Translations under genes and position numbers: made by a program
DNA from: Tubiluchus corallicola
Lineage: Eukaryota; Animalia; Priapulida
Reading direction: 5' to 3'
Assembly (NCBI GenBank): GCA_030141605.1
Contig: JAQGDQ010002389.1
Coordinates: 148,951 to 212,950, forward strand
DNA: 64,000 nucleotides
The notes under the pieces: generated by a model
Database searches by the model: none
Seen by the model: the letters and a program-made list of their open reading frames with translations, nothing else
Told to the model about the DNA's origin: nothing
Part shown: positions 1 to 10,617 of the stretch, piece by piece
Position numbering within the stretch: position 1 is the first letter of the stretch
How the letters are laid out: each line of letters begins with the position of its first letter

Positions 1-1918
1 GTGAAAGCGGTAAGGTAATCGTAATAGGCTCTAAAGCAAAATCTACTCTGCCAGATTCCAAGCGCGCTAAATCTAAAACTTCATTAATCAAGGTTAATAA
101 ATGATCCCCAGATTGTAAAATATGCCCCGCATAGCCTAACGCAAGCTCTTTCTTCTTGCTATCTCCTCCATAGCTTTGAATATCCAATTCTAAAAGTTGC
201 GCAAATCCTAAAATACCATTCATAGGAGTGCGAATTTCATGCCCCATACGGGATAAAAACTCAGACTTAGCTCGACCAGCATTCTCCGCCTCTAATTGCG
301 CATTTTTTAAACTCTCCTCATACTCTCTAGCTGGCGTAACATCATTAGAAACCCCCCTATATCCCGCAAAATCCCCCTTGTCAAAAAAAGGTGTCGCCGT
401 AACTGAAATATAACGTATCGTATGATCCAAGCCTCTAATCCATAATATATGCTCTCTCACAGGCTCATAAGAAAAAATCGACCGAAAATAAGACTCCTTT
501 TCTTTCAATTCCTCTTCTTTATTCTTCTGCACAAGCGTGATTACATCAAAAATATATTGGCCTATAACAGTTTTCTTATCTCTGTTAAATAAATAATTAT
601 AATGTTCCGAAACAGAAATAACCCGAAGATTTTTATCAATTTCCCAAAAACAATCCGTCGCCATATTCAAAAGGTTTTTTAATAAATTTTCTGTATCACG
701 TAATGAATTCTCAACTTTCGTCAACTCTTGAATTTCACGAAAAAGACGCCGACTTTGCCTTTTAGTCTCACGGCGAACCTGCCAACCTCGACTAAACCCT
801 ATTAAAGCCATAAAAAGAATAATAATCGTTAAAATAACCAAAGCCCCCTTATAGGTATTCTTAAATACCGCAAATAGAACATCTCTATCCGAAATATAAT
901 AAACAAAACGCCACGGCGTCCCTTCTATAGGAACGTGCCATAACCAATCATTTTTCCAACGGACAAACTGTTGCTTAGGAAGATTATGAAATAAATCCCC
1001 CTCCTCTTGCTCTTGTAAAAAATCAACCTTTCCATGATTAAACACTAATACAGGCTTATTATATTCATTGAGAATTGACGCTCCTCCATCAGCTGGTAAA
1101 AAAGCATTAAAATCAATATTATGAGCTATATAATCAAGAGGAATATCAACAACAATAGCTCCTAAGAAATCACCTGCTCCATCATAAAATGGCTGAGACG
1201 CTATAACAGAATCGCCATCACCAAAAATTCTTTTCTCGCCATAACTCCAATATACCAATGGCATCTCTACCGGATCTTCCTTGTAGGAGGCAAAAGCCGC
1301 ATTCGTATAAAATGCCCTCTCTTTAAGAGCTGGCGTAAATGCAAAATAATTCGAAGGCTTCCACGGTAAGGTAATTACAAAATCACTCTTTGAAATATAA
1401 TAAATATCAACAGAATAAGACGTAGAATGTAAAATAGAAAAGAAAATAGGCGATAAAGAAAAAATCTGTTCGATTTCTCTCATAAGTGAAGCATCATCAC
1501 GAGAAAATTCCCCTAACCCTGTTATATTAGGCAAAGACTTTTGATTCCAAGGCGCACGCAAAAAATCTAAAGCATAACCTTCTTCTATATATTTCGATTC
1601 ACTAATATCATTCACTAAGGCTGTATAATTATGTGTTCCTTGGCCCAGATGATTCATGTCATTACGATAATACGATAAAAAATCCATATTTTTAGAAATA
1701 TGAACAACCGAATAGGTAACATCCAAAGAAAATTTTTCTACATTCTTTTCTAAAGAGGATAAATAAAAAGCGCGTTCACGATAATATTGATAAGAAAGAA
1801 ATGCAACAGAAAGAATAAATAAGAAAATCAGAAATATTCCCCAAGAAAAAACCCTTCTGTCCTTTATCGCGTAAAAGAAAGGATACAATAATTTTTCTTT
1901 TTCTGACCTCTTATTCAT
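1..1918 (-). CDS. Membrane sensor histidine kinase (TM - periplasmic Cache-like sensor - TM - PAS - HisKA), 3' end runs off the window
   Basis: Not in the ORF track. Manual translation from ATG at 1918: MNKRSEKEKLL..., TM WGIFLIFLFILSVAFL, second TM ALVILTIIILFMALIGF, PAS-like DCFWEID...GYRGVSNDVT, H-box AKSEFLSRMGHEIRTPMNGILGFAQLL (His codon 239-241, in frame). Confidence 0.9.
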   Translation of the reverse strand, partial: MNKRSEKEKLLYPFFYAIKDRRVFSWGIFLIFLFILSVAFLSYQYYRERAFYLSSLEKNVEKFSLDVTYSVVHISKNMDFLSYYRNDMNHLGQGTHNYTALVNDISESKYIEEGYALDFLRAPWNQKSLPNITGLGEFSRDDASLMREIEQIFSLSPIFFSILHSTSYSVDIYYISKSDFVITLPWKPSNYFAFTPALKERAFYTNAAFASYKEDPVEMPLVYWSYGEKRIFGDGDSVIASQPFYDGAGDFLGAIVVDIPLDYIAHNIDFNAFLPADGGASILNEYNKPVLVFNHGKVDFLQEQEEGDLFHNLPKQQFVRWKNDWLWHVPIEGTPWRFVYYISDRDVLFAVFKNTYKGALVILTIIILFMALIGFSRGWQVRRETKRQSRRLFREIQELTKVENSLRDTENLLKNLLNMATDCFWEIDKNLRVISVSEHYNYLFNRDKKTVIGQYIFDVITLVQKNKEEELKEKESYFRSIFSYEPVREHILWIRGLDHTIRYISVTATPFFDKGDFAGYRGVSNDVTPAREYEESLKNAQLEAENAGRAKSEFLSRMGHEIRTPMNGILGFAQLLELDIQSYGGDSKKKELALGYAGHILQSGDHLLTLINEVLDLARLESGRVDFALEPITITLPLS

Positions 1919-1978
1919 TGCCGATAGAGACTTCCTTCCTGCTTAAAACCATTCACTTTTTACTAACAGCCCAATCTT

Positions 1979-2230
<252 letters not shown>

Positions 2231-2458
2231 TTAACCACTCCTATTCTTTCTCTTTCTTCCAAACAAGCTGCTTACCAGATTCAAGTGCCGGCTGTCTTCA
2301 AAAACACCCAACAATACAGCCCAGCGCTAAAGATCTAAATATCAATCAAACATTCATACCAAAACCGATTTTTAAATATGAATATAATATCATATGTATA
2401 AAACCATCGTACAATAATATCCTTCTTCCAGATATATAGTATATTATTGAAAAATTAA

Positions 2459-2782
2459 CTAAATATTTCGCGTTTTTGAAGGAAGAGAAACTTTTAAACC
2501 ATCTAACGCTTTTGTCACAATAATCTGGCAACCTAAGCGTGACGTTTCTGTCAACCCAAAAGCCATATCAAGCATATCTTCCTCTTCTTCCTTCGGAGCT
2601 TCAAGACGATCATACCATTCCTCGTCAATAATAACATGGCAGGTAGAACAGGCTAAAGACCCTTCACAGGCTCCCTCAAGAGCAAGATTGTTTTTCCGCG
2701 CAACCTGTAAAAGAGAATCACCCTCTTGCGCTTCTGTATCAACCACTTTTCCTTCAGGCGAAATAAATGTAATCTTAACCAT
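2459..2782 (-). CDS. fdx: ISC [2Fe-2S] ferredoxin (adrenodoxin type)
   Basis: [14 protein letters not shown] and SRLGCQ motifs; follows hscA. Confidence 0.96.
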   Translation of the reverse strand: MVKITFISPEGKVVDTEAQEGDSLLQVARKNNLALEGACEGSLACSTCHVIIDEEWYDRLEAPKEEEEDMLDMAFGLTETSRLGCQIIVTKALDGLKVSLPSKTRNI

Positions 2783-2878
2783 AAATTTTTATCCTCTCAG
2801 ATTTTTAAATAATAAAAAATATAACAAAATAATGCATAATATATAAATTAGGCTTATAGCAAAAGCCCCCACCAAAAT

Positions 2879-4786
2879 TTAAATATCCTCAATTACCTTC
2901 CCCTTTAGAGCTGTTTGAATATCTCTGTTCATCCGCCGCTCTGCAAAAGAAAGTGTTGACTCCTGAACAGAATCTGTAAATTTTATTATCTTCTCTCTAT
3001 CCTCTCCCTGGAGCGATTGTTCCAGCTTATCCATCACTTCTTCCATCGTCTTTAACTCAATAGGGGCTAGTAAATCCTTATCATGTTCTAATGCCGCATA
3101 AAGAGCCAGTAGCAAACGCTTTCCATCAAGACGTGCTTCCTCTAAAAGGCGCCATTTCATATCTTCCTCCGCCTTGTAAAAACTCTCTTTCAACATGCTC
3201 ATAGTTTCTTCCTCGGTCAAACCATAGGAAGGCTTTACTTCAATATGCTGCTTTACACCTGTCGTCGTTTCCTGAGCGGTAACAAGCAAAACGCCATTCG
3301 CATCTACAGAAAAGGTAATACAAATACGTGCCGCTCCCGCAGCCATCGGAGGAATTCCACGTAAAGTAAAACGCGCCAAAGAACGATTTTTTTCCGCCTG
3401 CTCACGCTCTCCTTGAACAATATGAATACTCATCGCTTGCTGCCCATCTTGAAAGGTCGTAAACTCGCAGGTTTTGGAAACAGGAATAGGTGTATTGCGA
3501 TAAATAACTTTCTCAGCTATACCACCTATCGTTTCTATCGCTAAAGAAAGCGGCAAAACATCTAATAGTAAAATTCCTCCCCCACGTGTCAAGGCTTCTG
3601 CCTGCAAGGCAGCTCCGATAGCAACAACTCGCTCCGGATCAATCTGCATCAAAGGCTCTTTCCCCCAGAATTCCCCTACAGCCTGCTGAACAGCCGGAAT
3701 CCTTGTCGAGCCACCAACCATAACAATTCCTAAAACTTCCTGACGATCTAAATCCGCATCCGATAAAACAGACTCGCTAATCTTTAGAGTCTTTTCAATC
3801 CATGGTTTTATTAAATCGTAAAGCTCCGATTGCGTCAATACATGCCGACTCTCTTTATCTGCAAATGATAGTAAACAATGCACCTCGCGCACCGAAGAAA
3901 GAGATTCCTTAACAGAACGAGCCTGCAACAATAATTCCTGAACCTCTTTTTGGCTTAAGGAATCATCCGGGTAAGCGATTTTTCTTTGTATTAAAAACTC
4001 TTCCGCAATAGCGCAGTCAAAATCATCGCCTCCCAAAGCGGTATCTCCTCCCGTCGCTAAAACACGAAAAATCCCTTTCTGTAAACTGAGTATCGAAATA
4101 TCAAATGTCCCTCCCCCTAGGTCATAAATAACATAAATTCCTTCCGCAGAATTCCCAAGACCATACGCTAACGCCGCAGATGTCGGCTCATTAATTAATC
4201 TTAAAACCTCAAGACCAGCTAGCCGTGCCGCATCCCGCGTCGCTGTACGGGCCGCATCATCAAAATATGCAGGGACAGTAATAACAGCCCGCTTAATAGG
4301 AGAGTTTAACTGTAAAGAAGCATAGCGGCATAACGTCTCAAAAATAAGCGCTGAAATCTCAACCGGACTATATTCCCTTCCTTTGACAGAAAGACGAACC
4401 ATACCACTCTTATTCTCTATAAGATCACCACCAAGCGGAAAAACATCGCCCAAAAGAGCACTTATATCCTCAGAGCCACGTCCCATTAAACGCTTAACTG
4501 AGCTTACCATTGTAAGCTCACCAGATTGATCACCAAGAGCTCTGTTACGAGCCCTATAGCCAACATCAACTCCCCCCTGAGCATCCCATGTCACAATTGA
4601 TGGAATAATTTCATTCCTATCCTCATCCTGAACCAGCATTGTACATCCATCAAGGCGATACGCCACAACTGAGTGCGTGGTCCCAAAATCAATCCCAATA
4701 GCAACATCGTCTTCTTTTTTTTTATAAGAAGGATCCAGAAGTTCTTCCGGCTCATGAATTTGAAATAATGTCTCTGTATTACGCAC
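2879..4786 (-). CDS. hscA: Fe-S assembly Hsp70 chaperone HscA
   Basis: GIDFGTT, TVPAYF, DLGGGTFD, VGGSTRIP motifs; lies between hscB and fdx. Confidence 0.96.
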   Translation of the reverse strand: MRNTETLFQIHEPEELLDPSYKKKEDDVAIGIDFGTTHSVVAYRLDGCTMLVQDEDRNEIIPSIVTWDAQGGVDVGYRARNRALGDQSGELTMVSSVKRLMGRGSEDISALLGDVFPLGGDLIENKSGMVRLSVKGREYSPVEISALIFETLCRYASLQLNSPIKRAVITVPAYFDDAARTATRDAARLAGLEVLRLINEPTSAALAYGLGNSAEGIYVIYDLGGGTFDISILSLQKGIFRVLATGGDTALGGDDFDCAIAEEFLIQRKIAYPDDSLSQKEVQELLLQARSVKESLSSVREVHCLLSFADKESRHVLTQSELYDLIKPWIEKTLKISESVLSDADLDRQEVLGIVMVGGSTRIPAVQQAVGEFWGKEPLMQIDPERVVAIGAALQAEALTRGGGILLLDVLPLSLAIETIGGIAEKVIYRNTPIPVSKTCEFTTFQDGQQAMSIHIVQGEREQAEKNRSLARFTLRGIPPMAAGAARICITFSVDANGVLLVTAQETTTGVKQHIEVKPSYGLTEEETMSMLKESFYKAEEDMKWRLLEEARLDGKRLLLALYAALEHDKDLLAPIELKTMEEVMDKLEQSLQGEDREKIIKFTDSVQESTLSFAERRMNRDIQTALKGKVIEDI

Positions 4787-4863
4787 TGAAATTCCCCTAT
4801 TAATTTCATCTTACAAAATTTCTGTCACGCCAATATAACCTTATACGCTTTTTAAATATTTTA

Positions 4864-5475
4864 TTATTCAATTTGAAGCTTCTTCTGCTTGATTTCTTCC
4901 AATAATTTCTGCAAATATTGCAACTGGATAATCTGAGCAGGCACCTTCTCAAGCTGTTTTAAATGAAATAAATCAGATAATAAAGAGCATACCTGCAGCA
5001 TAGCATTTTCAGTCTCAATAACCATCTCTTTTAATTGCTGAAAATCATCCCTCTTTACTTTCTGCAACCGCGAGCGCTTTAGAAAAATCTCTTCCAAAAA
5101 AGCAGAATCGGCCACCTGTGTATCCTTTTCTATAGAAGGATTCATAATTTCTAAAAGGCAATGTGCCCTTTTAACCGGATCAACAAGTGTCTCAAAAGCA
5201 TCATTCAGATACATGCTTTGCTGCTGCGCGAAAAGTTTTTCCTTGCTGCCAGAAAGCGCAAAACGATCCGGATGTAGCGCAAGCTGACGCTCCTGCCAAA
5301 GCATAACAAGCCGATCCTTATCTAAATCAAAACTGTACGGTAATTGAAAACAACAAAACATATCCTTATAGTGCGGCGGTTGAATAACATCACATATAGA
5401 GCAAAAAGCATCCCCTATTGAAGCCCCGCTTCCACAAACCCAGCATAAAAATATCTCACTCTCAGATACAGCCAT
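4864..5475 (-). CDS. hscB: Fe-S co-chaperone HscB (J-domain) with N-terminal CxxC-x10-CxxC
   Basis: LHPDRF J-domain motif, LNDAFETLVDPVKRA; isc context. Confidence 0.93.
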   Translation of the reverse strand: MAVSESEIFLCWVCGSGASIGDAFCSICDVIQPPHYKDMFCCFQLPYSFDLDKDRLVMLWQERQLALHPDRFALSGSKEKLFAQQQSMYLNDAFETLVDPVKRAHCLLEIMNPSIEKDTQVADSAFLEEIFLKRSRLQKVKRDDFQQLKEMVIETENAMLQVCSLLSDLFHLKQLEKVPAQIIQLQYLQKLLEEIKQKKLQIE

Positions 5476-5484
5476 CCCTAAGTC

Positions 5485-5862
5485 CTATACATGAAAAGAG
5501 TCTCCACAACCACAACGGCCTTTTTCATTGGGGTTACGAAAAACAAACCCCGAAGATAAGCGGTCCTCAACAAAATCCATCTCTGTGCCCAGCAAAAACA
5601 TAACAGCTTTCGGATCAATAAAAATCGTTACACCCTTATCTTCAACAAGCTCATCAAACTCTTCCTGCTGATCCACATACTCTAAATTGTAAGATAATCC
5701 CGAGCAACCTCGTGTTCGAATTGAAATTCTAATCCCCGCCGAGGGCTTTCCCCGTTCCTTCAGCAACTGTGTTATCCGAGCTGCAGCCCTCTCTGTAATA
5801 GACATAATTGCAGAGTGATCAGGATTCAGCGGTGATTCTATCTTACTTTTTTCCTTATTCAT
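5485..5862 (-). CDS. iscA: A-type Fe-S carrier IscA
   Basis: RGCSGLSY and CGCGDSF motifs; start set to the ATG at 5862 overlapping the iscU end (track start 5895 probably too long). Confidence 0.93.
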   Translation of the reverse strand: MNKEKSKIESPLNPDHSAIMSITERAAARITQLLKERGKPSAGIRISIRTRGCSGLSYNLEYVDQQEEFDELVEDKGVTIFIDPKAVMFLLGTEMDFVEDRLSSGFVFRNPNEKGRCGCGDSFHV

Positions 5863-6247
5863 TTTTGCTCTCATGCTTTCTTCTATAATCTTCAACAGCC
5901 GATTTTATAGCATCTTCCGCCAAAACAGAACAATGAATTTTCACAGGCGGTAAAGCTAACTCTTCCGCAATTTCCACATTCTTAATCTCTTTAGCTTCCT
6001 TAAGAGTCTTCCCTTTAAGCCATTCCGTCACTAAAGAACTCGACGCAATAGCAGACCCACAGCCAAACGTCTTAAAACACGCATCCTCAATAATACCATC
6101 ATCCGAAACTTGTATCTGTAGCTTCATAACATCTCCGCACGCCGGCACACCAACAATCCCTGTGCCAACATGCTCATCTTCCTGATCAAAGCTTCCAACA
6201 TTCCGAGGATTCTCATAATGATCAACAATCTTCTTATTGTAAGACAT
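5855..6247 (-). CDS. iscU: Fe-S scaffold IscU
   Basis: DHYENPRNVG, PACGD, FGCGSA, LPPVKIHCS. Confidence 0.98.
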   Translation of the reverse strand: MSYNKKIVDHYENPRNVGSFDQEDEHVGTGIVGVPACGDVMKLQIQVSDDGIIEDACFKTFGCGSAIASSSLVTEWLKGKTLKEAKEIKNVEIAEELALPPVKIHCSVLAEDAIKSAVEDYRRKHESKNE

Positions 6248-6314
6248 TTCTTATACCTTTAAATTAAACTCTTTAATAATAGCCTCTATTTCTTGCCACA
6301 CACACGCTCTATAA

Positions 6315-7550
6315 TCAATCCTTTACCCATTGTATCGTGCTCAGATCAACTCCTTGACTCATAAGCTCCCAAAGAGGACTCATAGAACGCAAACGCTCAA
6401 CTTCTTCAATAATTCTTTCACCCGCATAATCAATCTCCTCTTCTGTCGTAAAACGCCCTAGGCTTATTCTTAACGATGTATGCGCTAACTCATCATTAAT
6501 CCCTAACGATCGCAAAACATAGGAAGGCTCCAGAGAATCCGATGAACAAGCCGATCCCGACGAAACAGCCAAATCTTTCAAGCCCATCATTAACCCTTCT
6601 CCTTCTACACCCGAAAAACTTACATTTAAATTTCCCGCAATACGATTCTCCAAGCTTCCATTCAAATATATCTTGGGTAATGAAGAGTTTATTTTATTAT
6701 AAAGTTTTAAACGTAAACGCAACACTCTTTCAAATTCTTCTTCTCTCTCCAACATAGAAACTTCAACCGCCTTGCCAAAGCCAACACACAAAGGAACCGG
6801 CAACGTACCTGAGCGCATACCTCGTTCCTGCCCACCACCTTGAAGCAATGCACTAAGACGGACACGTGGATTCCGACGGCGAACATATAAAGCTCCTATT
6901 CCTTTGGGGCCATAAAGCTTATGAGCAGAAATACTCAACAAATCAATGCACATCTCCTCAACATCAATCGCTATTTTTCCAACAGCCTGTGCCGCATCCG
7001 TATGAAAAAATACACCGTTCTCACGACAGAGATGGCCAATTTCTAACACAGGCTGAATAACGCCTATCTCACTATTAACCATCATAATAGAAACAAGCAA
7101 TGTATTCTCTGTCATCACCTCACGTAAATGATCAAGATCAATTAAACCATCCGATTGAACAGGGAGATAAGTAATATCAAAACCCTTCTGCTCTAAATAA
7201 CGACACGTGCTTAAAACACACTTATGCTCTGTCGCACACGTAATAATATGATTCCTTTTCCCTTCATAAAAAGAGGCAACGCCTTGAATGGCTAAATTAG
7301 AAGCTTCTGTCGCTCCTGAGGTGAAAATAATATCTTTATTGCTCCCTGAAATAGCGCGGGCAATACGTTCTCGCCCTTTCTCAACAGCATCTTCAGCTTC
7401 CCACCCCCAAGCATGGCTCCGAGAATGCGGGTTGCCAAATTTTTCCGTAAACCATGGTAGCATCTCCTCTAAAACACGAGGATCTACAGGTGTCGTCGCC
7501 TGATAATCTAAATAAATCGGCTTTCCATTCTTTTTCATTAAAGGCTCCAT
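6315..7550 (-). CDS. iscS: Cysteine desulfurase IscS
   Basis: [19 protein letters not shown] (PLP Lys), SSGSACS (catalytic Cys). Confidence 0.98.
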   Translation of the reverse strand: MEPLMKKNGKPIYLDYQATTPVDPRVLEEMLPWFTEKFGNPHSRSHAWGWEAEDAVEKGRERIARAISGSNKDIIFTSGATEASNLAIQGVASFYEGKRNHIITCATEHKCVLSTCRYLEQKGFDITYLPVQSDGLIDLDHLREVMTENTLLVSIMMVNSEIGVIQPVLEIGHLCRENGVFFHTDAAQAVGKIAIDVEEMCIDLLSISAHKLYGPKGIGALYVRRRNPRVRLSALLQGGGQERGMRSGTLPVPLCVGFGKAVEVSMLEREEEFERVLRLRLKLYNKINSSLPKIYLNGSLENRIAGNLNVSFSGVEGEGLMMGLKDLAVSSGSACSSDSLEPSYVLRSLGINDELAHTSLRISLGRFTTEEEIDYAGERIIEEVERLRSMSPLWELMSQGVDLSTIQWVKD

Positions 7551-7562
7551 AGCGTCAATCCT

Positions 7563-7988
7563 CTACTTAAATTTTCCAAACTGATTCTTACCATGACAAA
7601 CATCATCAAGAGTAATATGCGATAGCCAAAGATGAATTTGTCGCGTTAAAGCAACCCAAAGATTATGAGTAATGCATTGCTCTTTCCCAACACATCCCTC
7701 CGATCCATTTTTGCAACCCAACGCAGAAACCGAAACATCAACAGCCATGATAATATCTGAAATCGTAATTTCATCCGCTCTGTTTACTAAGTGATATCCT
7801 CCAGACGATCCTCGAACACTCCGAACAAGATTTTTCCTCTTAAGAGATGAAAATAACTGCTCCAGATATGATAGAGAAATTCCTTGCCGACGTGCTATAT
7901 CTCTAAGAGATACAGGCTTATCTGAATTATGCTGCGCAAGGTCAGCCATTGCCATGACAGTATAGCGCCCTCTTGTGCTTAGTTTCAC
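7563..7988 (-). CDS. iscR: Rrf2-family regulator IscR
   Basis: MKLSTRGRY, SYLEQLF, three Cys plus His (C-x6-C-x5-C-ITH); first gene of the isc operon. Confidence 0.92.
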   Translation of the reverse strand: MKLSTRGRYTVMAMADLAQHNSDKPVSLRDIARRQGISLSYLEQLFSSLKRKNLVRSVRGSSGGYHLVNRADEITISDIIMAVDVSVSALGCKNGSEGCVGKEQCITHNLWVALTRQIHLWLSHITLDDVCHGKNQFGKFK

Positions 7989-8159
7989 TTTACTTGACCT
8001 AAATTTCTAAAAATAACCATGATATAACCTTAAAATATACTATAGAATCCCATAAAATGATTGACTTTTCTTAAAAAATAGAATTATATATTTTGTTATT
8101 CTGTATTTTATTGAGAAGAGTGAAATCTATTCAGAAATTATAGAACTCAATACGAGAAG

Positions 8160-8192
8160 AGTCTACAATATCCTACTATTTTAATCAAGTTT
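8160..8192 (-). promoter_or_regulatory. iscR promoter (TTGATT-N17-TAGACT) overlapped by a type-1 IscR box
   Basis: Minus strand AAACTTGATTAAAATAGTAGGATAT (8192-8168) matches ATASYYGACTRWWWYAGTCRRSTAT at 21/25 positions and covers the -35. Confidence 0.75.
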
Positions 8193-8273
8193 ATTTTATG
8201 CTCAATATTGAATCTTTAAAGCCTATATAACCTGTTGGATTTCTTCACTTTTTTAAAGAAAGGTTACTATATA

Positions 8274-8939
8274 ATGCCAGAAATCGTTATCTCGGGCCCA
8301 GAAGGACATCTTGAAGGACGCTACTACCATTCTCCTCATCCTCAACCCAATATAGCTTTATTGATTCCTCCACACCCTCAACATGGGGAAACAATGAATA
8401 GTACCCCTCTTTACCGTCTTTATCGCACGTTGGCTATACAAGGATTTTCTGTTCTCAGATTTAATTTTCGAGGAATCGGGCGTTCAAAAGGAAAATGGAG
8501 CAATGGCGTCGGAGAACTCAGCGATTCCGCAGCTGCCCTAGACTGGCTTCAAGCTTGCAACCCCAACACTGCGAAAACATGGGTTGGCGGCTTTGCTTTT
8601 GGCGCTTGGATCTCTATGCAGCTTATGATGAGAAGACCTGAAATCAAACATTTCATTTCTCTCGGCTTGCCAACAAGTACATACGACTTTTCTTTTCTAT
8701 CCCCCTGCCCCGCCGATGGAATCGTCATACATGGCGAAAAAGATGAAACCTCCTCTCCCAATAGCGTTAATAAGCTTGTGCGAAAACTAAACAGCCAGAA
8801 TAATATAACTGTCGACTATCAAATTATCTCAGACGCTTCTCATGACTTTTCAGATCATTTAGATACCCTAGAAGGCTATATTAAAACCTACGTACAAACA
8901 GAATCTTCGACTTTTTCTTCCCCTAGACTACGTGCTTAA
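8274..8939 (+). CDS. Alpha/beta hydrolase fold protein (family typically divergent from iscR); nucleophile Ser replaced by Ala
   Basis: MPEIVISGPEGHLEGRY, LRFNFRGIGRS, MRRPEI, FLSPCP; elbow reads GFAFG; ATG 8274 preferred over TTG 8235. Confidence 0.88.
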   Translation: MPEIVISGPEGHLEGRYYHSPHPQPNIALLIPPHPQHGETMNSTPLYRLYRTLAIQGFSVLRFNFRGIGRSKGKWSNGVGELSDSAAALDWLQACNPNTAKTWVGGFAFGAWISMQLMMRRPEIKHFISLGLPTSTYDFSFLSPCPADGIVIHGEKDETSSPNSVNKLVRKLNSQNNITVDYQIISDASHDFSDHLDTLEGYIKTYVQTESSTFSSPRLRA

Positions 8940-9046
8940 TCAGTAAAATATGTCTCTCACTAAAATTACTGCATAACACCTTTCCAGCTGAATCCATAAT
9001 GCCAGAAATAGAACAAATACCAAGCTTGTAAATTGAAAGAGTACCA

Positions 9047-10300
9047 ATGAACAGTTATAAATCTGAACTTCTCCACCAGCTCGCTGAAAGAGGCTACATT
9101 CATCAATGCACAGATTTTGAAACTCTTGATCAACTGGCTTCTCAGAACAATATTATAACCTACGCAGGGTATGACCCAACGGCAGGAAGCCTGCATATTG
9201 GAAATCTTATCTCTATTATGATGTTGAGATTATTACAAAAATATGGCCATAAGCCTGTCATCCTTATGGGAGGAGGAACAGGGCGAATTGGAGATCCTTC
9301 CGGAAAAGACGCTTCACGAAAACTTCTCTCTATCGATCAAATTAATCATAATATCAGCAAAATACAAGAAACCTTCAACCAATATCTCGTGTTTGGCGAT
9401 GGCTCCACAGACGCTATCACTGCCAATAACGCAGACTGGCTATGCTCCTTGAATTATGTTGATTTCCTCCGAGAATATGGCCCTCACTTCACAATCAACC
9501 GCATGATAACATTTGATAGCGTACGCATGCGTTTGGAACGTGAACAGCCACTCACTTTTCTTGAGTTTAATTATATGTTGCTGCAAGCCTATGATTTCCT
9601 TGAGCTTTATAAGCGTTACGGCGTAAAAATGCAAATTGGTGGATCTGACCAATGGGGCAATATTGTCAATGGCGTAGAACTTTGCCGCCGAAAACAAAAT
9701 ATACAGCTTTTTGGGCTGACAACTCCTCTTTTAACAAACTCATCCGGAGAAAAAATGGGAAAAACTGCCGACGGCGCTATATGGCTTAACAGCGATATGA
9801 AATCCCACTACGATTTCTGGCAATTCTGGAGAAATACAGAAGACGCCGATGTCGGGCGATTCCTACGCCTCTATACAGAAATTCCCATTGACGAGATTAA
9901 ACGCCTTGAAACCCTACAAGGAACAGAAATCAACGAGGCAAAAAAAATCCTAGCAACAGCAGTCACAAGCCTTTGCCGAGGAAAAGAAAATGCTCTCAAT
10001 GCCGCAGAAACAGCTCGAAAAACTTTTGAAGATAAGACATATGGAGATCAGCTCCCTTCCGTCTCTATCTCCAAACAGGTATTAAAAGACGGAATCTCAG
10101 CATTCGCAATTCTCAAACATGCAAATCTTGTCAAAAGCAACGGTGAAGCCCGCCGCCTCATCCAAAATAAAGGGGGGCGCGTCAATGGAGTCAGCTTTCA
10201 ATCTCCCGACGAACTCGTCACTCTTGATGATATTAACCAGGAGGGCATTCTTATGATCTCTGCAGGAAAAAAACGACATGTTATCGTAAAACCAGAGTAA
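9047..10300 (+). CDS. tyrS: Tyrosine-tRNA ligase
   Basis: [31 protein letters not shown]-terminal S4 domain. Confidence 0.98.
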   Translation: MNSYKSELLHQLAERGYIHQCTDFETLDQLASQNNIITYAGYDPTAGSLHIGNLISIMMLRLLQKYGHKPVILMGGGTGRIGDPSGKDASRKLLSIDQINHNISKIQETFNQYLVFGDGSTDAITANNADWLCSLNYVDFLREYGPHFTINRMITFDSVRMRLEREQPLTFLEFNYMLLQAYDFLELYKRYGVKMQIGGSDQWGNIVNGVELCRRKQNIQLFGLTTPLLTNSSGEKMGKTADGAIWLNSDMKSHYDFWQFWRNTEDADVGRFLRLYTEIPIDEIKRLETLQGTEINEAKKILATAVTSLCRGKENALNAAETARKTFEDKTYGDQLPSVSISKQVLKDGISAFAILKHANLVKSNGEARRLIQNKGGRVNGVSFQSPDELVTLDDINQEGILMISAGKKRHVIVKPE

Positions 10301-10412
10301 ACCAACTTCTTTTTACCCTTAATCAGAGCAATATTGAATTGCAGAAAATAGAGTGATTATCCCTCTTTTAACATTTTTAAATATTTAAATTTACCATATT
10401 TTCATAAAAAAA

Positions 10413-10440
10413 TAGACTTCAATACAAAAAAATGTATAAT
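10413..10440 (+). promoter_or_regulatory. Putative sigma70 promoter for the NSS transporter
   Basis: TAGACT-N16-TATAAT immediately before a structured leader. Confidence 0.5.
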
Positions 10441-10617
10441 CGTGGTTTGCGTTTTTTCCTGTATACCGTGTACACCCTTGGTATACGTTGTATATTTAGG
10501 GAAAAAGCTTTTAATGGTAATAAACTATTACTGTTTATTTAAATCCTAATAATTAATGATATAAATTAAAAAATTTCCAAAATTAAATCTGAAATTTTTA
10601 TAAGGAGAAAATAGAGA

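Noticed and set aside
2254-2531. Minus-strand frame after fdx that could be extended through two TGA codons (possible recoding or iscX remnant)
   Set aside because: No IscX similarity; TGA is a normal stop in iscS, rsmE, galE and others, and Trp is TGG
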